Source: Raillietiella orientalis
Lineage: Eukaryota
Assembly: GCA_036172245.1 (NCBI GenBank)
Contig: JAYWIR010000004.1
Coordinates: forward strand, 2,108,001 to 2,172,000
DNA: 64,000 nt
Reading direction: 5' to 3'
Notes under the pieces: generated by a model
What the model was told of the DNA's origin: nothing
Databases searched by the model: none
Seen by the model: only the letters and a program-made list of their open reading frames with translations
Shown here: positions 12,126 through 23,927 of the stretch, one piece after another
How positions within the stretch are numbered: position 1 is the stretch's first letter
Layout of the letters: every line of letters begins with the position of its first letter
Program-made: the position numbers and the translations under genes

Positions 12126-15100
12126 CATGGCGCGTCCTTTTGTTCGAGGACGCCATCCGCGGCTCCTACCAGACACCTCACGGCATCGTCGGCCCGCCGA
12201 CGGCTTTCAGGAGGGTTGGGCGCAGTCGCTGATGGAGATCGCTGGCTGCTTCAGCAGCAACAGTCGATCGGCTCCATGGCATCCGCATCGAGTGAACGTG
12301 GCGGAAACACGACGGGCTGGCGTAGCCAACGCGAATCGTTCCCGCTGGGAAATCGCGCAGCAGACACGATTGCCGGCCACCGTGTCGTCCGTCGTGAGCA
12401 ACGTGAACAGCCAATCGTCCGTCGTCGTCTCCCTCGCTTCTTCCATCGCTCTTCACGGCAACCCCCAACACAAAGATCGAGAGCAACAACACACCTTCCC
12501 TTCCACGTAACCAAGAGATGCCCTTTGTGCTTGCCATCTGCAATGCGCCATTGCGTCGCGCGGCAGACGACAAGCAGCAAATGTTCCGGCGGCAGTCGAC
12601 AGCGGGCCCTGATCGTGAGCTGCTTCGCAAACGCTGCTCAGCGTCCCCACAGAGTGACGACGCGCAAATGCACAAATCCTTTCGTCCACTACCTTTCTCC
12701 TGGACGCGACGCGTCGCCGCCGTGCCGATGCCGAATGGGGAGCGCTGGTTTCTCTCGTTGCCTCGCTTGATCTTTCGGGGTTTGGGTTCCGGGGTCCAAA
12801 ATGGCTGCAAAATGGCTGCTGAGAACAACGCGAGAAGACGCAGGCGACAGACGGGCGACCGCACGACACGCGCTTGGGAATGCTGGGTCGAAGACTGCAA
12901 TTGCAAGGGCTGCATCCTTTCCATCCTGCTCTCGTTCCTCACAGCTCGCGCGCCCGCTTCCCGTCCGGGACGGCAGCGCATTTTCTCATCCACGCCCCAT
13001 CGGTCTTCGGGCGTCGAGCAACGGCTTGCAGTGCCGCCCATGCATTCTGTGCGGTTCCAATTCGCAATCCGCGGTCCAGCAAGACGAAACGGCAGCCCAT
13101 CCAACGTTCTCGAGGGACGCTGCAGTCTTGCAGGGTTCATCCCGCGTACACCCACGCGTGGAAAGGCGGAAAAGAGCATCCCGAGATCGAACATCCGGGG
13201 AGCGAATCTTATCGAACCGCCGAGGAGCACTCGGGTATGCTCCAAACAAAAGCTGCTCAGGTTCTCCAGTCGCAGTTTCCGGATAACCTTTCGTGCTTTC
13301 TCTTCGAACGCAGAAAAGGAAATTCAACTCGCTTGGTGCGCTTCCATTCCCCAGGACGATGTGTCGAAGGGAACGCCACGTCGCTGTCCCCAAGATCCAA
13401 ACAAAACCTGATTCATCGACGAGATGAGGACGTGAGCGCAGCGGGGCCTTCTACTCCCGAGAAGGCGGCTTCGCGCAGCCCCGAATGCGGGCCAAGGGCT
13501 TTCGACCTCTCGGCGCGAAACGTTCGTGCGCTTCTTGACCCGGCTGGAAAGCGAGGCGCAAACGGAGAAGAAACCGCCTCCGGAAATCACTTCGGACAGT
13601 GGGGACGAAAGGCGCTTCTTTCGCTTTCAACTTGGGGGTTGGAACTTCTTGGAGAAGAGGAAAACGCGTACGTACCCTCACGCAGAACGCGGGAAGAACG
13701 GAAAAGTCATCAAGAATAAGGCTGCTATGGAAGAGGGAAGAAACAGATTGGATGGACTGCCATCGCCTGAAGATTTTCTCCCCGTGCAACCAGAGTCGCG
13801 CGGATAGGCGCCCCATCAAAGGGTCCGAAATCGGTGCTGCACGGAAAGGTGGCTCGATGGAATGCCTCATCGTGCTATTGGCAAGGAGAGCTGTTCGACG
13901 TTTCTCCCTCCCCCCGTGTAGCTTTTCCGATCGCAAAGTTCCACGGACAATCAACGGTCACGTGCTGCCCCTGCCTTTCTCCCTTCTCTTTTTCTGCAGT
14001 CTGTCACATGTGCTTCTTCGTTTGCGCCGAATCTTGCGTAAGTCGCGACAAGGCGAAACATCGGATGCAACTCTGTCTGCGAGCGCATTTGCTTGATTGC
14101 ATTCCATGTGCACCCGAAGCAGCTTCAGCTGCACGTTGTGGTGCGACAAAATCGCGCGACCTCGTTCGAACGCTTCGATTCCGGAAAGAGCGCTGTCGAC
14201 TGAAACGCCTCGCGTCTTCCGAGGGGAAATCGGCTCGCCAGCAATACGGGGACAGCGACGGTTGACGCCACGGACGCCAACGAGCCCTGCCATGCTACGC
14301 ATTGCCTGTTCCTTGGCAGCCGAAACACGGAAATTCGGCGACACGTGGACCTGGGCGCTTCGAGCTGGGTGCGTTTCCAGAGATTCGATTCCTGGTTTGC
14401 CCATGCACGCACTCGCGATAACCTGCGGCGCGAGTCGCGCTGCCGTTCTCGCGTGAGACGCGAATGCCGAACGCTTCCGGCGATGTGGACGCGTTCATCC
14501 GTCCACGCTTCAGGAGTGTTCTCACGTGGCCGTGTTTGAAAACGCAACCGCACTTCTGCACGAATGGAATGCACTGCACTTGCCGATCGCGGAACCGCCG
14601 AGCGGCAGCCGACCCTTTTCCGGCAGGCGTCTGCCCTGCCTAGTCGAACGATAGCAGCGACTGATCGAGCTGCCTTGCCGCAGCCACCAGCCCACGTTCC
14701 CGACAAGCAACCTTCGGTGTGGTCAGCAGCAAAGAAAGGAAACTGAGACGAGGAAAGGTGGCAGTCAGGTCGTTGCGGAGATGCCCGCAAAGCCACGGTT
14801 CGACGAAGCACCGTTCGCCTAGGTCAACCCCGAACGACAGCGAATGCACGGGCTAGGTCATCGGGAAACGTTCACCGCTTCAGCACGTGACCTGTCCAAG
14901 CGAAAGAGGCGGCATCTTCGAGAGGGCAAGTCGACGTGGAGATTCCGCAGCGCTTACGGCGACCTCCGCTTGACGCGTCGGCGGCGTCCCGCGCGTTCGT
15001 TGCGAAGTCCCTTTCGAAGACCATCCGTCCGTCCACCGAAAATCCGTTGAAGCAAAAGATGCGACGACCGGGTCGTACCGTCGAACCACTTCGAAAGTAC

Positions 15101-18100
15101 GGATCTTCTAGAAGATGGTCCTCGTTGGAGATCGACTTGTTGGGAGATGGGAGAGGCGATGGCCGTACCGACCACCTTCAGCTACACGTCCTGCCCCGTC
15201 CAGAGTTTGCACTTGGGAGACTTTCCCACGCGTAACTCTTGTTCGACATGCCCCTTGGTGTGCGGATGCATCAGCGCAGTCTTTCGAGTCTCTGCGATAT
15301 CGCCAGGAGGAGGTCTTATCGCCTTCGAATCCACGAACTGGGTGGCGATTTCCGAGACGTCGGAGTTTCCAGGCTTCCGGCTCGCGATCACGTGCGGCAA
15401 CTTGCACGACGCTGGCCATCCGAAGATACGGCGGCGGCACCCAGAACAACACCGCAAAAGAGAGTGCCGAAAGTTGGCCTTTACCGACCCACTATCCAGG
15501 TGATGCGCTCCCGGCAATCTGTACTCCCCAGCTTCCGCTACTGAACCGTTCCTTGCGCACCGATCGGATGCAGCAGCTCATGCAACAAGAGAGGCTCTTT
15601 CCGTCTTCCGCAAAACCAAGAGGGCATCGCCCATCGGGACACTTCCGCTTCTTGGGCTCCGTCCCACTTCCCGTACGCGAAGGCGAGAGGTAGCTCGCGG
15701 GAGGATCGCCTTCCTGCTGCTAGGTGACTGGAAGAGAGTGCGAAGCATTCGTTTTCGCAACAGCGCGCTTCCTCGGAGGTAGTTAACGGCCGAACCGGCT
15801 GTGTGGTCCCAGCACAACCGTCCGCCGCGTGCTGGCAGGAGGCTGACCATCTCGCCACATCCGGACCGGCGCCTTCCGCGGAAGGGCTGCAAGGTGTCCC
15901 TCCACGTGGTTACGGGAAGCATCCGCCGCAGCCACCGGCTGCGTCGCTTCACCTGCCTGAATGGGTATTGTAGGGACGCTGGGGGGTTGAGACGGCGTTC
16001 GCAGCCGGAGACACCCGTTCCGACGTAGCCTTCGTGTGGCGACGGCGACGGGCGATGGACGATGGCGCCACGAACGGGTCCCGTCGTCGTCCGCGCGCGG
16101 TGCCTTTCCAACCAATTTGCTCTGCATCCTGGTGGGGTTTTCGTGCCGTCTTCCTGAGCGTGCTCCTTCCCAGGGTCTTCCCCGTACGCTGCAGCGCGTA
16201 CGTCTTCTGCCTGATTTGGTCCGCCGCCGAATCGCGAGCTCCCGGAAGACTTCCTGCTCGCCCTTCCGATTGCACGGCCCCAACACGCAACTCATGCCCT
16301 TGTTCGTACGGGTCGCGTCCGAACTCTCCCTTCCTGCTCGCCGAAGGAGATCATGGACTGCCCGAGGGAAACCTGGTCGGCACAGAAAAGCCCCCTCTTT
16401 GCTGCAACGACGTAGTCCTCTATGGAAAGCCGGGATAGCCATTAGCCCGAACGATGGCAAATTCACTGCGAGATGGCAGGAAAAAAAAAAGAAGAAAAAG
16501 CGGTTGCGTTGCTGGCGCGTCAACTGGCTGACCTTTCCACTCTTCCCGAACGACTTGTCCGCTGGACAGATGTGCTTGCGTGGAATCCCGTTGCAACAAG
16601 TCTTGATGGTGCGCGCGTCGGAGGCCGTGTGGTTACGGTCCCCTCCGCTCGTGGTGCCATGCACGCGGGTTCGAATACTCCGAAACGAATCGACGAAGTG
16701 CGTGGTGGGTTGGAGTTCCTCCTGCAAGATGACTCTGGTTGACCTCTGTTCATTCGTGTGCCGCACTGGTAGCGCTTCAAAGCGGATGTCCCGGACGAGG
16801 GCCTGGACAATGGGAGTCGAACTTTCTGTCGCGCTTTCAGCAATGAAGGCGTGGAAGTTTTCTTCCGTTTGCGAAGGAGCAAACTCCCCACTGCGAGGGG
16901 AAGCTCCGCGTCGTACTGACGAAATAGGTGTGTAGCCACCATTGCAGTGAGTGCAGCAAAGCGTGCCGCTCGCCTTGCTCTGGCGTTCGCGTATGTCTCC
17001 ATGCTTCCCCAGATGCGTGGCACGTCTCATCGTGGCGACCGCCTCTTTGCGCCGTCCCATGCGATTCACGCCTCCATCCCTGGACCAGGAAACGTGTACG
17101 GGTCGCCACAGTGCGACAGGTTCGGTGGCGAGGGAGGAACCTTGCCTCGCCTGCTTCTGGAGTGCGTTGCACTCCGGTTCTCGCGGGGACGTTCGAACAT
17201 GTCCCTGACCTGAAGTTCTCGGAAGACCGCCCGAACGTCTCTTTCGGACGCCTCCTCACGCGTGACGGGATGTATGCCGCCGTGACGACCGCCGCTCTGC
17301 GCTGCATCCACGCAATGGGGGCGGCATGAGGAGCCGACGGCACAGGCCTCACGTGACAACAGGGAAGCAGCCCTCCCCTTTGTTTCCTCGTTCCTAAGCA
17401 TCGCCTCGAGAGAGATGGTCGCACACGAGGAACAACCGGAAGAAGCCGGTGCCTGCACCCTTCTTGCCTTGAGAGCATGCAGAGGAAACGCGCAAGCACT
17501 CAGGAATCCGATTCGCTTACTTCTGAAACTTGTTGGTACCTTTTTTGTTCCCTTCCCTCTCCCCTGACTTCCCTGCGAGCATTCCTTTCGGAGAATTTAG
17601 CGGGCGCAGGGCTCCACCGGAACACGCGCAAGTGGCGTCACTGCGCTGCCCCGACGGAAATTCCGGACGATTCCCTCGCGAAATTTCCATTCTGCACAGC
17701 AAACACTTCCCAGTGTGACCTGGTGGAAACACTGCCCCGGAGTTGACCGCGATCACCTCCTCCTTCTTTGGGCTCACTCCTGCTCGGCAGCCCCCAGGCA
17801 GGAAACTTCCCGCGTCCCTCTTCCGTTTGTTCGCAAGACCAGGTCCTGCTTCGGACTGCAGTCCGCTCCCGAGATGGACTCGCGCCAACGTGCCAGCTCT
17901 CCCATCGCTGGCCTCCGTCTTGCACCTCGTTGGATGCACCGGCTTCTCCGCACAGCGAGATCTCGGAGCGCTGCTGCGCGTCCGCGGCCTTCACTCACGT
18001 GTCCGGTGTCACCTCCGAAAATTCAGGTTGCGCGTGATGCGGTCCGTCAGCTTCCCGCCGCCCGTGATGTTGTCTACGCAGGCATCGCCGACGAAAACGT

Positions 18101-20480
18101 CGGACTTTCGCTCGTCTGATAGCCATCGCCACCTCGTTAGCGACGCGCCTTATGCGCGTCCCCACTCTTCTTCGTCCGTAGGTTTCCTGCATCCCCTTTT
18201 CGTTTTTCGCGTCTGAGATGGCCACCATCTGTCTCGGGATCTGCGCGCCTCGCACGCCGCCTCGGACGTTCTCCCAGAGACCGCTCCAAATCTGCAGACT
18301 TGCCCGGCGGGCGCCAAGACGGCAAACTTTTCCGGGTGGTCACGTAGGCAGGAGCCATCCGGAGTGAAGACCTCGGTCGACACTCACGACGCTGGGACGC
18401 CACCTGGACTTGCGCGCGTGTGCTCCGTAGGAGGGCGGGCGACACTCGTGGATCCAACATCGAATTTCGCAGTTCCGGATCCCTGCCGTGGTCCGCCCGT
18501 CCTCGGATATGCAAGAGGCTGGGGAAGGAGGTGCACTCTCCGCGTCCCGTTTTTCGTCTTGGACGGCGACCTAGACCTTTTCTTGACGCTGGAATGAATG
18601 GAGCTGCAGCTCGTGTGTTGGGCATCTGCCTGCAGTCGAGGTAAACCTGTACTGCTGTAGGCCACCTGGTTCCCACCTGCACGTCATCTCGTCCAGCATG
18701 CCACGGAGACAGCGATGGTCGGACTCACGCTGCCTCATCCACTGCGGACTGCACATTTGGCGGGTGGCCAAGCTGGCCAGGAACAACGGATGGATCTACG
18801 GTAGTGCCTGGTTTCAGGCAACCGTGCCAAGGAGCCAAGCGACGAACAGGTTCGACGCTTCCTTTACTTGCGTGACAACAGCTGGACGCTCCAGGAGATC
18901 CTGCAAGATTCGGTGAGGAGTGAGAAGATTCGCTCGCGGCGCAGCTGCCGAGCGCTGGCGGGGTCCGCTCGCAATTCGCCGCTCCTTCTCACCGGGGGAA
19001 CGTCCAGCGAAAAGAGCCCAACGGATGGCTTCGCACCCTCGGGAATTCGGATGCCTTGCAAGCATCCCGCCCTCCTTCGTCTTCGCGTGATAGATGGGTG
19101 GCACGCTATGGATCGATTTTCAACCACCGTCGGCGCGCCTCCGCGACACGGATGTCGAACGCTCGGCGTCGACCTTGCCTTGGCCTAATTTGCCCGTTCG
19201 TCGCAATGACAACGCAGCCGTGTCGTACTTGCGTTCTCGCGCGTCACGTCAATAAGGCGATGTGCCGCGAGCGGAAGCACTGTTGGTCGCCAAGCTTCCT
19301 GTCCAACTTTTGGCGAAAGCCGTGTCATCCGGGGAGAGCTCGGAGAATCGCGCTTGGCGCTTCTCCGTCGATCCCGCCCGCATCGTTCCCGTTCGTGGAG
19401 CACGCGAACCGGGAAGCGGCTCTCGCGTCAAGCGGGATCGTTTGCGAACGGTTCCCTTGCAACCGCCGGTTGCTCAACAGCCCGGGACGTGTGGTGGTTC
19501 TCTCTCCTGTCGCAGGAGTCTCCCTTGCGAGAGCACGACTTGCCCGTGAGGGGATGAGGGCTGAGCCGCCGCTCGGCAAGCGGAGGAGAGGGAAGCGCAT
19601 CGCCGAGTTTCGACAAACTGGGGGTCCGGTGAGACGGGAAGCTGAGGGAAGGATCGTCTCCGTGTCGCGCGCGGACAATGCAGGAGAGCATGGAAATGCC
19701 GGCAGGAAAGTGCGCGCGCCCGAGCACGAGGGTTGCGCCCGCAGTTGTCGATGTGCAGGTGGCGCCATCCCCGGACCGCCTGTGGTCTCACCACGTGCAG
19801 ACATGCGTGTGCGGGGCTCCCTCCCTCCAAGCATCGCCGACCTGCTTCTACACTCGTCCGCGCTATTGACGTCATGTCGTCGCACAGCACTCCACATGGC
19901 CACCGAAATCGACGCGCGTCCTTCCTTTTCCCCTTCCCTGCTTTCCTCTCTCCTCGTCCTCTTCCTTCGAAAAGACAGAAGAGCGAGAAGAGGGAAAGGC
20001 GGTTCGCTTCCTTCGTCCGCGGCGCCGCGCTCTGCACCTCTGGAAAGGCGACCGTCCGAACGCGGTGTGGCGGGAACTCAAGAGCAGGGGACTGCGGAAC
20101 ACCACCAGCATGCCATCGCGACCGGCTGCCCCCGGACGGGAACGATTCCGAACGGCAGCCTGCGCAGCCTGCTTGGCGGGCGGAGGGTCGCCTGGCCAAC
20201 GTGCTCTTGCTGTCTGGATGCCAGGAACTTGCGGCAGCCTCGCCGCTCAGCACCGCTCCTCTAGCTCGCTGGTCCCGTTCGTGGGTGCCGAAGCACTGCG
20301 TCGGAGAGAGCATCCGCCTTCCGCAACGTTCGGCACGTCCCCTCTCGCCCGGCTCTTCCCGGAAGAGGGGCCATTCTTCGCCACGCATCCTGGCACCTGT
20401 GTGTCCTGCGGCTTGGCACACTGACGTTTGCTTTTGCGAACGAGGAAACGCGGACGCTTCGCGTTTCCCGTTTGCTTTGG

Positions 20481-21934
20481 CATGTCCACGGCTCCCATCC
20501 TCCGCCCCCTACTTTTTGTTTGCCCCGTCCCAGTGGAAATCAAGAAAAGGACGAAGGATCTCCTCTGCATCGCCCTTTGGGGCAAGGGGAGGCCCCGAGT
20601 CTCTTTGAAGGACTTGTGCGCTCCGCGTCGGGACGGCGATCTTAGCCTCCTGACGCTGGAGCGCGTGGAAATGCATCTGCGATGGCGCACCATGGCCATC
20701 GTAGCGAAGATGTGGAGCACCCCTTGGTGCATTCCGGCCCGCCTCCTCGCCAGCTGTGTGTCTCGGTGCGAAGGACTCACGTCTTTTCTTCTGTGCCCCG
20801 GCCGGAAGATCCGAAGATGCGGCCTACTCCTCGTACGCATGGCAGCCATGGCGAAGAACGGTTGGATGGTTTGCTGCCCCGCCAACTCCCCCGCCTGGCT
20901 GGAGGAGAACATCGGCACGTGGGCAGGGCCACGAGGAGCCACGAGACGTGGATACGCCTGGTACGCGGTCTCTACGCCCGCTGCACCCTGCAGGACCTAC
21001 TGGAGTGTCCTGCTAAGAGCACGTGGGCAGAGACGACCTGCCTAGCTACAGCGTTGCCCTTTCTGAGGAGGGCGTTTAACAGCAGCCGGACGCCACGGTG
21101 GCAGGTCTCCTGCCGTATCGCAGGACGCGAGAAGTTGATTAGCGACTGGACCATGAGAGAACTGGCGGACGCCACGACCCCGAGCGTGCAGCCGAGAGGA
21201 CTTTTGCGATGGGGCGAGCTGCTCACCATCCCAATGGATGAGCTGAAGGTGCCCTCTGTTTTAAGAGAATCGAGGATCCTACTCCTTAAGTGGCAAGAGT
21301 CGGCGTTGCTCCTGTTGCACTGGGGTTTACCCTGCAACGCACGGCGCTTCCACTGGACAAGGGGAGCTGTGGATCCTGCGTGTGCCAGGTGCGGGAATCG
21401 CTCCCCCACTTCATCGTTGACTGTGCTGCCCTCCAACCCCTTTGGAAACGGTTTGGGAGGACCCTCGGGCTCCCGATGGGCAGCGCACCCAGAGACGTTC
21501 TTCGGTATCTCTTCGTGCGGGATGCCCTACAGCCAGCCACTGCCCTAGCAGCATTCTGATGCGTCCGAGGCGTCGTGGCGGCCTGGAGCGACGCCAACAA
21601 CGAAGATCGGGACATGAACGAGAGGGATGCCATCCAGCATGCTGTATGCTTCCTGCAGAGAGCTGCCCGATGGCCCGATCTGGGGAATTTGCGGATGGAC
21701 CTCGAGGGCTTCCTTCGACGGATGAACCCTCCTCCCAGTGAACTGTGATCCCTTTCTGCCCTCCAACTTCTTTTTGTTTTCCTTATGCTTTATTTTTCTT
21801 TTTGTTTTTTCCCCCATCCCCTTTCACTGCCGAGGAGAGTCACCGGCAGGTCCGGTGCCTATGGCCGTGAGCGGGGCCTTGTAACGCGATTGTAGAATTC
21901 TCAATAAACGCACCGGGCGTACCCCGGTGACAAC
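20481..21934 (+). mobile_element. 5'-truncated, decayed Tx1/L1-like non-LTR retrotransposon (post-RT region, CCHC finger, 3' UTR)
   Basis: ALWGKGRPRVSLKDLCAPRRDGDLSLLTL resembles the L1/Tx1 post-RT motif FxWxxxxPRVxxxxLCxPxxxGGLGL. LHWGLPCN...CARCG and, after a frameshift, ESLPHFIVDCAALQPLW form a zf-RVT-like CCHC finger. A T-rich tract, AATAAA (21903-21908) and a terminal hairpin follow. The segment is absent from arm B and is flanked by degenerate direct repeats (catgtccacggc / aacgtccgcggc). Confidence 0.85.
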
Positions 21935-22001
21935 GTCCGCGGCACAGCCCTGTGTCGTGCAGCGATCGGTTCGGCCATCGCAGCAGCATGCGGCGGAGAC
22001 T

Positions 22002-22097
22002 CGCCGCGCTTCCGATTCCTGCCCCGCGCCGCCGGCAGGCACCACCCCGCGCCGCGCTTCCGATTCCTGCCCCGCGCCGCCGGCAGGCACCACCCCG
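22002..22097 (+). repeat. Tandem duplication, 2 x 48 bp (single copy in arm B)
   Basis: cgccgcgcttccgattcctgccccgcgccgccggcaggcaccaccccg occurs twice. Confidence 0.95.
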
Positions 22098-22869
22098 CGC
22101 GCGAGCTGCCGACAACCAGCTTTCCGCAGCTCCACTCGCCTACGAAAGAGGCGTCTTCGTCGCTCGTTGTGTGTGCCACCGGCGCACGGAGAGCCGCAGA
22201 GGTGGTCGGGACCTTCGGACTGCGGAACAGACCGCGGGCGGTGGCCAGCTCGCAGTGCGCAGCTTCCCCTTACCCGAAGAGACCCGACAACACAGCCATC
22301 CGGACCGCGCCTGACCGACCGCACGCCGCACTTTCGGCGGGTCGCAAAAGAAAACGCAGTTCTCCCGATGGACCGCCGCGCGCCCATACCCGTCGCCAGT
22401 CGCTCGCAACCGTTGGCTTCTGCCTCTTCTGCCACGTCCTTCCTTTCGCGGAGGCATCGTCGTTCCGTCGACGCGGACGCTCTCCCCGAGCTCGCCCCCC
22501 ACGCCAACCCGCGGTTTACCGTGCCAGTCTCGCCTGGCTGCCACGCCTGGCCTCTTGCAAGGAAGGATGATGGATGGCCGCGCAGCGCGTTCTGGATGCG
22601 GATTCGTAAGTGATGGAGATCGGGCTTCGGGGAGATGCTTCCTCTTCCGTGGTCGAACGACACTTGGATTGCGCTGCTGATTGGATCTTCAGGCGAAACG
22701 GCATGCGTGGGGAAGAGCGCTGCTCGCACGACGAAGGGTTCTGCGCTTTTGTTGAGGAGCAAGAATCTGCGTTGGTCCATGAAGAGAAAGAACGCGTACG
22801 TATTCGAACGTGGATGAGAGGGAAAGAAAACGGCATTTGTGGGAGTGTTTCTCTTCATAGCAGCGTGGC

Positions 22870-23927
22870 GGTTAAAGGGAACAGCCAACAATCCGTCGCC
22901 GGGCGTGGCCCTTGCGCTTTCTCATGGGAAAGACTGCTGGGCGACAGATGGGTTGTGGACGGTCTACCGCCGTACAAACTCGGTTGTATGGCTGAAGAAG
23001 GCGAAGGACACCTGATGGAATGTTCACCGGAACCCTGAAGATTTCCTGCCTAGCAATCTGAAACAGTATCTGGCTTGGGGAAGGAATGCAGGAGTTCTGG
23101 AATTGGCTCCGACCAGCTGCTGCACCCTTGTCCACAGGTAACGCGGAACTCTCTGAAGACTATTTGCTGAGTTGGGCTGGTGTGAATCCTACAGGAAGAT
23201 CTCGAGTGGCTCCCAGTGCTGAATTACAACAGGGCCCTTCCCCTGAACTGACAGGTGTTGGCACTTCTGCTGTTGCACTGGGGTATCCCGTGCAACGCTT
23301 GCTGCTCCTACTGGATCTAGGGGACACTGGGTCCCAACTTTGCAGGTGCGGGGAACGGGAATTCCTCCCGCACCTGCTCTTGGACTGTGTTGCCCTTCGG
23401 ACCAGGTGGTTGCGTTACGCAACTGCCCTAGTTGCGCCGACGGACAATTCCAAACACGTAATAAATTGCCTCTTTGTGCGCGATGCCCTTTCGCCTGTCT
23501 CATCCCCCAGCAGCTCTTTGCTGCCTACGAGGGATTGTGGTGGCCTGGAGCTACGCAAGAGGAGGACGGAGCGATAGGGACGCCATCTGCTTCGGTCTTC
23601 GCTTCATGAGGACTGCAGCAAGATGTCCCCACCTGAGGCATTCTTGGATGGAACTTGCCGGCATCCTGTAAAGGATGCAGAGGACGTCCACTAGCACCCG
23701 GTAATCCCTTCCTTAACCCTCCCAATTTTTTGTACATATTTTTTTGTTTTATTTTTATTTATGTTTGTCCCCTCCCCCTCCGCTTCCGAGTCGAACCTCG
23801 CCTGCCTGAGTGCCGGTTACTCGGCAGGTTCTGAGCATTTTCGGGCAATGTAGGACTGATGGGCCTACACATGTATGTTTAGTTAATTTTTTATAATAAA
23901 GTTCCCAGCATGACCCGTTGATAAACC
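22870..23927 (+). mobile_element. Second 5'-truncated, decayed copy of the Tx1/L1-like family
   Basis: Across frameshifts it reads LLLHWGIPCNA...CRCGEREFLPHLLLDCVALRTRW...CLFVRDAL, homologous to the copy at 20481-21934. It has the same 3' layout (T tract, cccct..ccga motif, aataaa, ...cccgttgataaac). The 5' boundary is approximate. Confidence 0.8.

Larger units (their letters stand above)
8365..22862 (+). repeat. Arm A of the ~14 kb inverted segmental duplication
   Basis: Reverse complement of 44841-58870. Mirrored ORF pairs have constant coordinate sums: 66204 (15783..17069 vs 49135..50421), 66244, 66235, 66234 and 67703 (22516..22836 vs 44867..45187). Steps between the sums correspond to visible indels. 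The outer part (8365-9300) is clearly diverged. Confidence 0.97.
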
